A stretch of 64,000 nucleotides of DNA from positions 94,694-158,693 of the forward strand of contig JAIFVX010000002.1 of assembly GCA_019659125.1 (NCBI GenBank). The letters run 5' to 3'. Below the pieces are notes generated by a model. That model was given only the letters and a program-made list of their open reading frames with translations. It was not told where the DNA came from and did no database searches. The translations under genes and the position numbers were made by a program. The first letter of the stretch is position 1; each line of letters begins with the position of its first letter. This stretch comes from Candidatus Pacearchaeota archaeon. GTDB lineage: Archaea; Nanobdellota; Nanobdellia; Pacearchaeales; GW2011-AR1. Shown piece by piece: positions 30,434 to 39,611 of the stretch.

Positions 30434-31300
30434 TTATAAACCCTTCTTCAGTGCATCAGCAATCAAGGGCGAAATGTCAATCTGTGCATATTTGTTAGGG
30501 ATTGTGTTTGTCGTAATGAGTTCTGCATATTTTGTAATCAATGTGTCAGCATTCTTCACAAGCACTCCATGAATCCCTATGCAGATGATCTTTTTTGCCC
30601 CTTGCTTCTTCGCCATCTTAAGAGCTCCTGAAATTGTCCTTCCCGTACTTATGATATCATCAATTATAATGATGTTCTTTCCAAGCTTTTTCTCCTTCTG
30701 CTTTATGTGCTCTGAGGAAAATCGCGTCTTTTCCAAGATGACTACTTTCTTATTGAGCATATCGGCTATTTTTTGGCTCCATTGCGCGCTTTCCTTATCA
30801 GGGCCGACGATAGTGAAGTCATCCTTGAATCTTTTCCTTATATAATTAGCTATGAGTTTGTTTGTTGTGATGCTTGTTGCGTGCTTTGAAATCTGACGCA
30901 TGCTGTGTAGCCTGTGCAAATGAGGATCGACTGCTATGATCTTATCAAAGTGCGAGAACATCTCAAGGATATGCAATGATGAGAAGCTATCGTAATTAAA
31001 GAAATGAGTATCCTGGCGCATATAGGGAAGATATGTTGCCACCAAGATGACTTTCTTTGCATGATAATCTTTGGCGATTCCTCCTGCAAGCAATGTCTCA
31101 ACAATCTTCCTGTTTGGATCCCCCGAAAGAGAATTGATGATCACCACCGTCTTGTTCTTTGGATTGTCTTTTAAGGAGATGTGGAACTCAGAGTCGGGGA
31201 AATCCTCGACCGTAATGGGTACATAATGTGCTTTCAGCGCACGTGCAACGTGCTGTGCAATCTCTTTCGTTTCGGGAAAACTAGCTATAAGCAATGACAT
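30434..31300 (-). CDS. prs: Ribose-phosphate pyrophosphokinase
   Basis: FPDSE, YLPYMRQD, VDPHLHR, GPD, IIDDIISTGRT, TTNTIP. Confidence 0.92.
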   Translation of the reverse strand: MSLLIASFPETKEIAQHVARALKAHYVPITVEDFPDSEFHISLKDNPKNKTVVIINSLSGDPNRKIVETLLAGGIAKDYHAKKVILVATYLPYMRQDTHFFNYDSFSSLHILEMFSHFDKIIAVDPHLHRLHSMRQISKHATSITTNKLIANYIRKRFKDDFTIVGPDKESAQWSQKIADMLNKKVVILEKTRFSSEHIKQKEKKLGKNIIIIDDIISTGRTISGALKMAKKQGAKKIICIGIHGVLVKNADTLITKYAELITTNTIPNKYAQIDISPLIADALKKGL

Positions 31301-31344
31301 TCTTCACCTTTGATACGTTCACACGAAGATTGTATATAAATCTA

Positions 31345-31908
31345 TCAGTAGAGACGAGCATCGCATACATGCGTATCGCTGCTATTAGTTTCGTTTCTCA
31401 CTCTGAAAACACAATCCCTATAATCTTTTGACTTCTCTAATAAGACTGCAGTTGACTCGGTTGGGAGGAACGGCCCATTAAGACTATAATAATAAGCATC
31501 GAATAAATCATGAAATCTGACCAATATAAAATAGTATTCGCTGCAATCTATAATATTATATTCTGTACTATAACCTCCTCCACTCCAAACTTGAACAATT
31601 TTAGCAGGGTTTTTCCCTTCACAATAAAAATGTTTTTTAAATGAGAATGAATTTCGATAGTAAGACAACTCTTTGCCGTTAACATTGATAGCACCTCCGT
31701 TTTCAAGAAGAGCATCCATATCTTCCCTTGATATTGATGATCTTGCTGTAAAGCTGTGATTGTTTAAAGCCGGATATTTTTCTTGGCTTTCAATGAGAGT
31801 TTTAACATAGCTTTGACGAACTTGTGTTGGGCTAGTAAAATAATATTTAAATAAGGCTATTAGAATAAGCATTATCACAAGTATTGTTATAACGATAGAC
31901 CTCTTCAT
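31345..31908 (-). CDS. Hypothetical N-terminally membrane-anchored protein
   Basis: MKRSIVITILVIMLILIALF anchor. The ATG at 31908 has a TATA at about -28; the longer ORF would overlap pfkB. Confidence 0.6.
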   Translation of the reverse strand: MKRSIVITILVIMLILIALFKYYFTSPTQVRQSYVKTLIESQEKYPALNNHSFTARSSISREDMDALLENGGAINVNGKELSYYRNSFSFKKHFYCEGKNPAKIVQVWSGGGYSTEYNIIDCSEYYFILVRFHDLFDAYYYSLNGPFLPTESTAVLLEKSKDYRDCVFRVRNETNSSDTHVCDARLY

Positions 31909-31980
31909 ACCGCTAGAGAGCTTAATTCTTTTTAAATATTCCCTAGAATGATTTTTATACTGACAGTCCCTGAAAGAGGG

Positions 31981-32874
31981 ATGTATGACATCATAACGCT
32001 GGGGAGCGCAAGCCTTGATGTTTTCGTAAAGACGAAAGAGGAGATACGGAAGCATAAGTCCCACACTGATCTGTGCTACCACCTTGGTGAAAAGATCCTT
32101 GTCAACAAGCTTTCATTCAACACGGGAGGAGGAGGGACAAACACTGCAGTTGCCTTTTCAAGGTTAGGATTAAAGACAGGGTACATGGGAGTTGTAGGGC
32201 ATGATGTACAGGGGATTATCATCCTTCATGAATTAAAAAAAGAAAAAGTTGATTTTCTTGGAAGTATGAAGAAAGGTAACACTGGATATTCAATCATTCT
32301 CCCGAGCGATACTGATCGGGCCATCCTTTCATACAAGGGAGTTAACAATGAATTTAGCATTCATGATGCTCATTATAAGCTGGCAAAGTGGTTATATGTT
32401 AATACGATGCTAGGCACAAGCTTCTCTACCGCTCAGGCCATCATGAAAAAACATAAAGGGAAAGTTGCAGCAAATATTAGCCTGTATCTTGCTAAAGAGG
32501 GGTTGAAAAAACTGTCTTCTTTTCTAAGAAGGCTCGACATTCTTGTTCTTAACAAGGAAGAGGCTTACGCCTTGACGAAAAAGAAGACTATTCACGATGC
32601 ATTACAGACCCTTTCGACACACACTGCAGGAATTATTGTTATTACCGATGGTTTCCATTCTTTACATGCCTATGATGGCAAATACTGGGTAAAGAAGGTG
32701 AAGAGGATAAAGCCCGTAGATTCAACAGGTGCTGGAGATGCATTCGGAGCTGGTTTCGTTTATGGGATCATGAAAGGGAAAAGTCTGATGAAAAGTCTAG
32801 AGCATGGTAGCGAGGAAGCACACTCGGTACTCCTTCATGTGGGGGCAAAGAATAATCTCTTGAGAAAATTATAA
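31981..32874 (+). CDS. PfkB-family carbohydrate kinase
   Basis: GGGGTNTAVAFSRLG, NKEEA, DSTGAGDAFGAG. Confidence 0.9.
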   Translation: MYDIITLGSASLDVFVKTKEEIRKHKSHTDLCYHLGEKILVNKLSFNTGGGGTNTAVAFSRLGLKTGYMGVVGHDVQGIIILHELKKEKVDFLGSMKKGNTGYSIILPSDTDRAILSYKGVNNEFSIHDAHYKLAKWLYVNTMLGTSFSTAQAIMKKHKGKVAANISLYLAKEGLKKLSSFLRRLDILVLNKEEAYALTKKKTIHDALQTLSTHTAGIIVITDGFHSLHAYDGKYWVKKVKRIKPVDSTGAGDAFGAGFVYGIMKGKSLMKSLEHGSEEAHSVLLHVGAKNNLLRKL

Positions 32875-32918
32875 TATCAAAATTTAAATAGTTCTGATTC
32901 TAGGATGAGTAAAAGAGC

Positions 32919-33899
32919 ATGAACATCGCTATCAACGGTTTTGGAAGAATAGGAAAACAATTCTTTTTGGCATGTATGGAACAAAAAGTATCATGGAACT
33001 TTGTCATCAATGATATCGCTTCCCTGGATTACTTAGCATATTCATTGAAGTATGATACAGTACACCCAACTCCTCAGGAAAGCGTGAAGCATGATGGGAA
33101 GTATCTCTATTTTGGAAAGAAAAAAATGAGAGTCTATACGGAAATGGATCCCTTGAAACTGCCATGGAAAGACGAGAAGATTGATGTCGTCGTTGATTGC
33201 ACAGGCATGTTTACTGAAAGGGAAGGAGCAATGAAGCATATTCAGGCAGGAGCAAAGAAAGTACTGATATCGGCTCCTGCAAAGGGGCACGATTGCACCC
33301 TGGTATGTGGAGTCAATAATTCAATGCTCAAGAAAGACAACAGAATTATTTCTGCAGGAAGTTGCACTACAAACTCTGTATCCCCTTTGGTAAGCATTCT
33401 TCACAATGCGTTTGAGGTAATCAGCGCTTCATTCATCACAACACATGCTTATACTGCAACCCAAAGGCTTGTTGATAGTGCTGACAAGAAAGATATGAGG
33501 CGAGGAAGAGCCGCTGCTGAAAACATTGTTCCCTCAACCTCGGGCGCGTCAATTTCTGTTGTCGAAAGCATTCCTGAACTGAAAGGTAAGCTAACAGGCT
33601 ACGCATTACGAGTTCCTGTTGCTGATGGTTCTCTTTCAAGTGTATTCGCTCATGTGAGAACAAACACTACAGCTCAGGAAATAAATGCTCTTTTCAAAAA
33701 ACAAGCTGAAAAGATGAAGGGAATCCTTTTGTACAATGAAGATGAGATCGTCTCTTCAGATATCATCCATAATCCATCTTCATGTATATTTGACTCAACT
33801 TTAACAAGCGTTACAGGAAACCTTGTAAGTGTCGCCGGATGGTATGATAATGAATGGGGATATTCAAATAGACTTGTTGATGTCGTTAAACTTCTTTAA
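32919..33899 (+). CDS. gap: Glyceraldehyde-3-phosphate dehydrogenase, class I (bacterial type)
   Basis: AINGFGRIG, YDTVH, ISAP, SCTTN, RGRAAAENIVP, LRVPV, WYDNEWGYS. Confidence 0.95.
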   Translation: MNIAINGFGRIGKQFFLACMEQKVSWNFVINDIASLDYLAYSLKYDTVHPTPQESVKHDGKYLYFGKKKMRVYTEMDPLKLPWKDEKIDVVVDCTGMFTEREGAMKHIQAGAKKVLISAPAKGHDCTLVCGVNNSMLKKDNRIISAGSCTTNSVSPLVSILHNAFEVISASFITTHAYTATQRLVDSADKKDMRRGRAAAENIVPSTSGASISVVESIPELKGKLTGYALRVPVADGSLSSVFAHVRTNTTAQEINALFKKQAEKMKGILLYNEDEIVSSDIIHNPSSCIFDSTLTSVTGNLVSVAGWYDNEWGYSNRLVDVVKLL

Positions 33900-33901
33900 C
33901 T

Positions 33902-35089
33902 ATGAGTATATGTACTATAGATCATCTTCTTCTGCAGAATGAGAAAATCCTTCTTAGGGTCGATATAAATTCTCCCGTTGTAGAAGGTAAGATACTTGAC
34001 TCCCCACGAATGGCTGAGGCAGCTGAGATGATTAGGGTCCTTCTTGAAATGAAGGCGCGAGTCATCGTTATTGCCCATCAGGGGAGGAAAGGAGATTCAG
34101 ATTTCCTGCCTTTGAAACAACATGCTGACCTCCTTAGTAAAAAAATAGGTAAAACCATCCAGTATATTGATGATCTTTTTGGGGAGAGAGTGGAATATGT
34201 GATTGCAGGACTGAAGCCCGGAGAGGCGATTATGTTAAGGAATGTCAGAGAGTATGATGATGAAAAAGACGTTGATTCCAAGAACAACCGATATCATTCA
34301 TTCTCTACCCTTTTTGATGCGTATGTGAATGACGCATTCTCAGTCTGCCACAGGAAACAAGGGAGCATTGTTATTCCCCCTCAGCATCTGGAGAGTGCCA
34401 TGGGTAATAATTTTGAGAAAGAGCTGAAGGCTGTGGAGAGATTTAAAGAAGCCAGAGGGAAAGGTGTCTATCTTATTGGAGGCTCGAAGATTGAAGATTA
34501 TATTCCTTTATTCAATGTCTTGAAGAGCAAGAATAATCTAGTGCTTGCCTCAGGGGTGCTTGCCAACGTGTTTTTGGTTGCTAAGGAAATAGACTTGGGA
34601 TATGAAAAGAAATGGATTAAAGAGAAAGGATATCACAAGCTTATTCCTCAGCTGAAAGGTGTGCTACGCAAATACGGAAAGCAGATAATCTTGCCAGTTG
34701 ATTTTGCATTTGGAGACAAAATTAGGAAGGAAAGAAAACTAAAGCAAGCTCCATTCAAGGAAAAGATATGGGATGTAGGCCATGATACTGTTGCACTGTT
34801 CAAGAAGCATATTGACCTTGCAGATATCATATTCATGAAAGGCCCTCTAGGATACTCTGAGCTTCCTCTCTTTGGGTATGGCACGGTTGAGATTCTGACC
34901 CATATTTCAAAGAAAAAGGCATTCAGCCTTCTTGGGGGAGGACATCTCACGACAACCATCCAGCACTATCATATTCCTAATCATTTTTCGTACATCAGCA
35001 CCTCAGGAGGGGCCTTAATTGCAGCCATCTCCGGAGAGAAACTTCCTGGCTTAGAGGCATTGGAAAAATCTACTTGGAAGAAATTCTGA
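33902..35089 (+). CDS. pgk: Phosphoglycerate kinase
   Basis: LRVDINSP, AHQGR, VNDAFSVCHR, GGSK, GPLG, GGGH, ISTSGGA. Confidence 0.93.
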   Translation: MSICTIDHLLLQNEKILLRVDINSPVVEGKILDSPRMAEAAEMIRVLLEMKARVIVIAHQGRKGDSDFLPLKQHADLLSKKIGKTIQYIDDLFGERVEYVIAGLKPGEAIMLRNVREYDDEKDVDSKNNRYHSFSTLFDAYVNDAFSVCHRKQGSIVIPPQHLESAMGNNFEKELKAVERFKEARGKGVYLIGGSKIEDYIPLFNVLKSKNNLVLASGVLANVFLVAKEIDLGYEKKWIKEKGYHKLIPQLKGVLRKYGKQIILPVDFAFGDKIRKERKLKQAPFKEKIWDVGHDTVALFKKHIDLADIIFMKGPLGYSELPLFGYGTVEILTHISKKKAFSLLGGGHLTTTIQHYHIPNHFSYISTSGGALIAAISGEKLPGLEALEKSTWKKF

Positions 35090-35102
35090 AGCACTATTTA
35101 AC

Positions 35103-37799
35103 CTAGTTAAAATAGGGTATGTGTCGGCGGATGAAGGCACCCAGCATATTCAAGACAAATACTATTGCTGTGGCTCCAAGAATGAATTCCCAATCCAAGA
35201 TTGAAAGTGTTGCCGTGCCGAAGAATGTGCTTAATGGGGTGTAGATGACCATGAGCTGCAAAAGGACCGAGGCAGCGACTGCAATGATGAGATACTTATT
35301 GCTAAACCATCCAAGCTTGTATTCGGAGCGTATTGCTTGCAGTCTCGCAAGCTCCATCATGATTATAGCGGTAAACGCGATCGTCTGAATCTTGTCCAGA
35401 TATAATGCACCTGAAAGATTTGAATATTCTTTCATAGCCCACCAGAATAACCCAAGGACTGCGGCTGTAATCAATGTTGATACATACACTATGCTGAAAA
35501 CCATTGACCGGCTCATGATCCCTTCGGCGACTCTTCTCGGCGGTTGACCCATAAGATTGTGTGAGCTTGGGTCGACGCTTAATGCAAGAGCCGGAAGGCC
35601 GTCAGTGACAAGATTAAGCCAGAGAAGCATGACAGCAGTCATGGGAAGAGGCCATCCGAACAGAATTGCGAATAAAATTACTGCAACCTCTCCCACATTG
35701 CATGACAAGAGATAATTGACAAATTTCTGGATGTTCTCGTAGATTCCCCTACCTTCTTCCACTGAATGCACAATGGTAACAAAATTATCATCCTGGAGAA
35801 TCATGTCGCTCGCTTCTTTCGTAACATCGGTCCCCGTGATACCCATTGCTATGCCCAGGTTGGCCTTCTTGATCGCGGGAGCATCATTGACACCATCACC
35901 AGTCATAGCAACGATCTGTCCTTGTTTTTGCAAGAGCGTGACGATCGCCATCTTATGCTGAGGTTCGACTCGGGCAAAGATTGATGTCGTCTGGAGTATA
36001 TTCATCTGCCCTTCCTCATTAAGTTGTGAGAATGCCGTGCCGTCCATTGAATTTCCCTCAATGCCTATCTCATGCCCTATGGCCTCTGCGGTATGAAGAT
36101 TATCTCCTGTAATCATGATGACTCGAATTCCTGCTAACTTGCACATCTTCACTGCTTCAGGAACCTGCGCATGTGGCGGGTCAATCATTCCTTGCAGGCC
36201 TGCAAAGATTAGCTTTGCCTCGTTCTTTTCTCGCAGCTTGTAATCCTTGTATGCGAATGCAAGAACTCTCAATGCCTTTGTCGCCAAACTGTCATTCAAG
36301 GCCATAATTTCCTCTCTTTGTTTTTGGCTTAATATCCTCACTTTTCCATTGATAATGATCTTGTCACACTTTGCCAAAATCCTTTCCGGAGCGCCTTTGG
36401 TGAAGACATAAGCCTTCAATGTCTTCTCGCTCTTGTGGATCGTGCTCATCATCTTTCGTACAGAATCAAAGGGTTCCTCTCCTATCTTTTTCCACTCTGC
36501 CTGAAGCTGTTCCTGATGCAGACCTGCTTTTTCTGCACTAACAAGCAGCGCAGCTTCCGTCGGGTCTCCTGTCACCGAGATTCTTTCTCCCTTTACCAGA
36601 GAAGCATTATTGCAGAGCGCACCTATTCTAAAGACCATCATATCCTGGTCCTTTAGTTTTTTAGCATCCGCATGTATATCTCCGGTCAGCTCATATCCTG
36701 ATCCATCGACATCAAATAGAGTATTGTTTGTGTAGACTTTCCGCACGGTCATCTCATTCTTCGTCAGGGTTCCTGTCTTATCGCAGCATATCACGGTTGT
36801 CTCTCCAAGAGTCTCTACCGATGGAAGTTTCCTGATGAGGGCATTTTGCCTAAGCATCTTCATGACACCTATGGCAAGAGCGATGGTGACAATGGCTGGA
36901 AGCCCTTCAGGAACAGCGGCAACGGCAAGGGAAACGGCCGTCAAAAGCCAGTCTTTTGCCTCAAGGAAGAATCGTTGCACATCCCCATTCATAAGATGAG
37001 TGACATCACCATCCTTGAATATGCCTACCGTGAAAATAATTGCACAAATCACCAACGTAGTTATGCCGATTCGATGACCGAGAACCTCAAGTTTTTTCTG
37101 AAGAGGAGTCTGCTCATCTTCAACGGATGCGATCATAGTTGCAATCTTACCTATTTGAGTATTCATGCCCGTGCCGACAACAATGGCCTTTGCCCTACCT
37201 CGAGTCACAATGGTGCCTGAGAATATCATGTTTGAACGCTCGGCAAGTGGCGTGGCCTCTTGAAGGGCATCAAGCTTCTTCGATACAGGAACTGACTCTC
37301 CTGTAAGGGAAGCCTCTGAAACCTGGAGATTGAAATGTTCAAGAAGCCTGGAATCTGCAGGGATCTTTGACCCTTCCTCGACCATAATGATATCGCCAGG
37401 GACGAGTTCCTTGACTTCAATCATGGTTTGCTTCCCATCACGTAAGACAAGGGCCTGCAATCCTGAAAGTCTTTTCAGCGCTTCAATTGCCTTCTCAGCC
37501 TTATACTCCTGCATGAAGCCAAAGATTGCATTGAACAATAGTATGGCGAGGATGGATATGCTGTCAACAATCTCATCAGCTATGAGGGAGAGGACAAGTG
37601 CAAAGATAAGAATGTAGATGATAAAGCTCCTGAATTGATTGAGGAAAAGAATGACTGGATTTATCTTTTTCTTCGCTTTTAGCTCATTAAGCCCATACGT
37701 CGCTCTCCTTTTAACAACTTCCTGCGACGAAAGGCCTGTAGCAGGGCTGACTCCAAGGGAATAAAGTACATCCTCGGCTTTTTGTGTGTATGCTTCCAT
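35103..37799 (-). CDS. P-type ATPase, P2A (Ca2+/SERCA-like)
   Basis: LTGES, PEGL, DKTGTLT, KGAPE, MIDPP, TGDN, GDGVND, WLNLVTD. Confidence 0.93.
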   Translation of the reverse strand: MEAYTQKAEDVLYSLGVSPATGLSSQEVVKRRATYGLNELKAKKKINPVILFLNQFRSFIIYILIFALVLSLIADEIVDSISILAILLFNAIFGFMQEYKAEKAIEALKRLSGLQALVLRDGKQTMIEVKELVPGDIIMVEEGSKIPADSRLLEHFNLQVSEASLTGESVPVSKKLDALQEATPLAERSNMIFSGTIVTRGRAKAIVVGTGMNTQIGKIATMIASVEDEQTPLQKKLEVLGHRIGITTLVICAIIFTVGIFKDGDVTHLMNGDVQRFFLEAKDWLLTAVSLAVAAVPEGLPAIVTIALAIGVMKMLRQNALIRKLPSVETLGETTVICCDKTGTLTKNEMTVRKVYTNNTLFDVDGSGYELTGDIHADAKKLKDQDMMVFRIGALCNNASLVKGERISVTGDPTEAALLVSAEKAGLHQEQLQAEWKKIGEEPFDSVRKMMSTIHKSEKTLKAYVFTKGAPERILAKCDKIIINGKVRILSQKQREEIMALNDSLATKALRVLAFAYKDYKLREKNEAKLIFAGLQGMIDPPHAQVPEAVKMCKLAGIRVIMITGDNLHTAEAIGHEIGIEGNSMDGTAFSQLNEEGQMNILQTTSIFARVEPQHKMAIVTLLQKQGQIVAMTGDGVNDAPAIKKANLGIAMGITGTDVTKEASDMILQDDNFVTIVHSVEEGRGIYENIQKFVNYLLSCNVGEVAVILFAILFGWPLPMTAVMLLWLNLVTDGLPALALSVDPSSHNLMGQPPRRVAEGIMSRSMVFSIVYVSTLITAAVLGLFWWAMKEYSNLSGALYLDKIQTIAFTAIIMMELARLQAIRSEYKLGWFSNKYLIIAVAASVLLQLMVIYTPLSTFFGTATLSILDWEFILGATAIVFVLNMLGAFIRRHIPYFN

Positions 37800-38062
37800 C
37801 AACAGAGATCGAGATGATGCTCGTACATGAGTGCAACGTCCTTGTCATTTAACGCCTTGATAACCTGCTGTCGTATTTCTGAAGATGAAATTATTCCCCG
37901 CTGTTTCTTGACCCATTGCGTGATCTTCTTAGAAGTCTTTGCTGCAATGCTTTCTGACTTTTTTTCAGGATAATGACAATTCAGTGCTGCTGCGTAACAG
38001 GATGCATATATCTTTCTTTCATCATATTTTTCTTCCTTGCCTTGTCGCTTTATGATTTCCAT
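37799..38062 (-). CDS. Stand-alone ATP-cone domain protein
   Basis: MEIIKRQGKEEKYDERKI...ISSSEIR..V...L.....A..Y. The ATG at 38062 overlaps the upstream TGA. Confidence 0.75.
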   Translation of the reverse strand: MEIIKRQGKEEKYDERKIYASCYAAALNCHYPEKKSESIAAKTSKKITQWVKKQRGIISSSEIRQQVIKALNDKDVALMYEHHLDLC

Positions 38063-38769
38063 CAGTTCAAGTTGATGACTCCATTTGCAATTAATATGAG
38101 AAGCCATCCCAATGATATCAAGATGAGCCCTGTAAATAGCCTCATGTATGCCTTATTATCTTGTTTCCATTGCTGGATGTGTTGGAGCTTCGATCCGATG
38201 AGGACCATGAAGAGTATCACCACGAGAGGCATGACGAATATTATGTTATAGATGATAAGCAACACAAATGCGCTCATATTGAAGTTCTGCGAAAGTAAAA
38301 GGGTTATTGCAAGGTAAGGTCCTCCCGTACAAGGAAGCTCTACTGAAGCAACAAAAACCCCGAGGAATACGACTGTACCCATAGTAAGATTTTTCATCTT
38401 GTTCTTTATCATATCAGAGTATTTTACTGGAATCATGAGAGAGAATCCTTCACCATACCAGAAGTAATCCTTTATTTCTATGATTCCTGCAAACACCACT
38501 AAAAGACCGACAACAATTGAAATGTATTCTGCAATGACTATGGGAATTGCAGCCATAAACGATATAAGACCAAGACCATAGATAAAATAGGTGAGATAGA
38601 CTGCTCCGATGTAGATCAATCCTATTTTAAGAAGCTCTCCTTTTCTTTTTCCTACGAGAATTGTGGAAACAAGAAGGATAAGCACACCTATAGCACAAGG
38701 GTTGATGGAATCAACTGCAGCCGTGACAAGGACTGTTGCCAATGTGGGAAGCGTTATTGCTATGGCCAT
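38062..38769 (-). CDS. CcdA/DsbD-like transmembrane thiol-disulfide transporter
   Basis: DSINPCA and ELPCTGGPY conserved Cys pair; about 6 TM segments. Confidence 0.82.
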   Translation of the reverse strand: MAIAITLPTLATVLVTAAVDSINPCAIGVLILLVSTILVGKRKGELLKIGLIYIGAVYLTYFIYGLGLISFMAAIPIVIAEYISIVVGLLVVFAGIIEIKDYFWYGEGFSLMIPVKYSDMIKNKMKNLTMGTVVFLGVFVASVELPCTGGPYLAITLLLSQNFNMSAFVLLIIYNIIFVMPLVVILFMVLIGSKLQHIQQWKQDNKAYMRLFTGLILISLGWLLILIANGVINLN

Positions 38770-39470
38770 ACTTTTCCTCCTATCTCAATCCTCTTTCGTT
38801 GCATTGAATAATCCCAATCATTGGCAGCCCAGCTGTCACATAGTAATGAGGTTGTTGATGCATTCGAGTCATCAAAAAGAATTATAATGCAGTCTCCTGG
38901 TGGCACTAATGATGATGGATAGGGAACATACTCTTGAGGATTATCTATTTTCTTTCCATCGACGTAGACTTTTAGTGTTGCAGGATTGTTTCCGCAGGAA
39001 TCTCCATTGCTAACAGCACGGAAGCCAGATTCCGTCGGATAACTTACCTGAGATGACGTCAGGCTGCCCCCAATGGTGGAGAAATAGTTGCCTAGAGAGA
39101 TGGTATCCAATGAGGAAACAACTCCCTCAATATGGATCCTTCCGTCATTGTGACTATGGATGAGAGGAGAGCCAATCTTGTTATTCGGGAAATGTGCTTG
39201 TACTAACTCAAGCTTTTCCCCGCAGACAATCACTTCATAATCTGCATGCCAATGGACAGGGCCCTTTGTTTCTGAAGTGACGTTTTGGTAGACAGTATGG
39301 CCTGCAAGATACAACGATGCGAGAACTGTTGGAATGACCATAATCCAGAACATTGTCCTCTTTTGATTTGGAGAAAATGAATCTTTCTTGAAAAGAGATA
39401 TGATGACGGTTATAACCAGCAGTACTGAAGCAGCTTCTATATATATGACAGGATCAAACCAGTCAATCAT
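38760..39470 (-). CDS. Membrane-anchored protein with His-rich putative metal-binding motifs
   Basis: Two TM segments, then VHWHADY...CG...IHSHNDGRIHIEG and several Cys. Confidence 0.65.
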   Translation of the reverse strand: MIDWFDPVIYIEAASVLLVITVIISLFKKDSFSPNQKRTMFWIMVIPTVLASLYLAGHTVYQNVTSETKGPVHWHADYEVIVCGEKLELVQAHFPNNKIGSPLIHSHNDGRIHIEGVVSSLDTISLGNYFSTIGGSLTSSQVSYPTESGFRAVSNGDSCGNNPATLKVYVDGKKIDNPQEYVPYPSSLVPPGDCIIILFDDSNASTTSLLCDSWAANDWDYSMQRKRIEIGGKVWP

Positions 39471-39473
39471 TGA

Positions 39474-39554
39474 TTAGCAGAAGGGACAGCCCTCGTTATC
39501 CTCTTTCGTTATAGGCTTTTTCTTTTGCTTTTTTTTGCTCTTTTTTTCAGCCAT
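39474..39554 (-). CDS. Putative 26-aa basic micropeptide with C-terminal CPFC
   Basis: MAEKKSKKKQKKKPITKEDNEGCPFC*. TATA (TTTATATA) lies 25-32 nt upstream and the stop is 3 nt before the next ATG. Confidence 0.55.
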   Translation of the reverse strand: MAEKKSKKKQKKKPITKEDNEGCPFC

Positions 39555-39611
39555 ACTTCTTACAGAATTATAGGAAACTATATAAACATTTCTTTGTATT
39601 TTCATGCAGAC

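Noticed and set aside
31909-32082. Long N-terminal extensions in the ORF track (also 4576, 12237, 20823, 38107, 39525, 43464, 47713, 63077)
   Set aside because: They overlap neighbouring genes or promoters. Downstream ATGs fit the family N-termini, TATA spacing or stop-start coupling.
39516-39548. T-rich tract as a terminator or simple repeat
   Set aside because: It is better explained as the Lys codons of the minus-strand micropeptide, and no plus-strand gene ends there.
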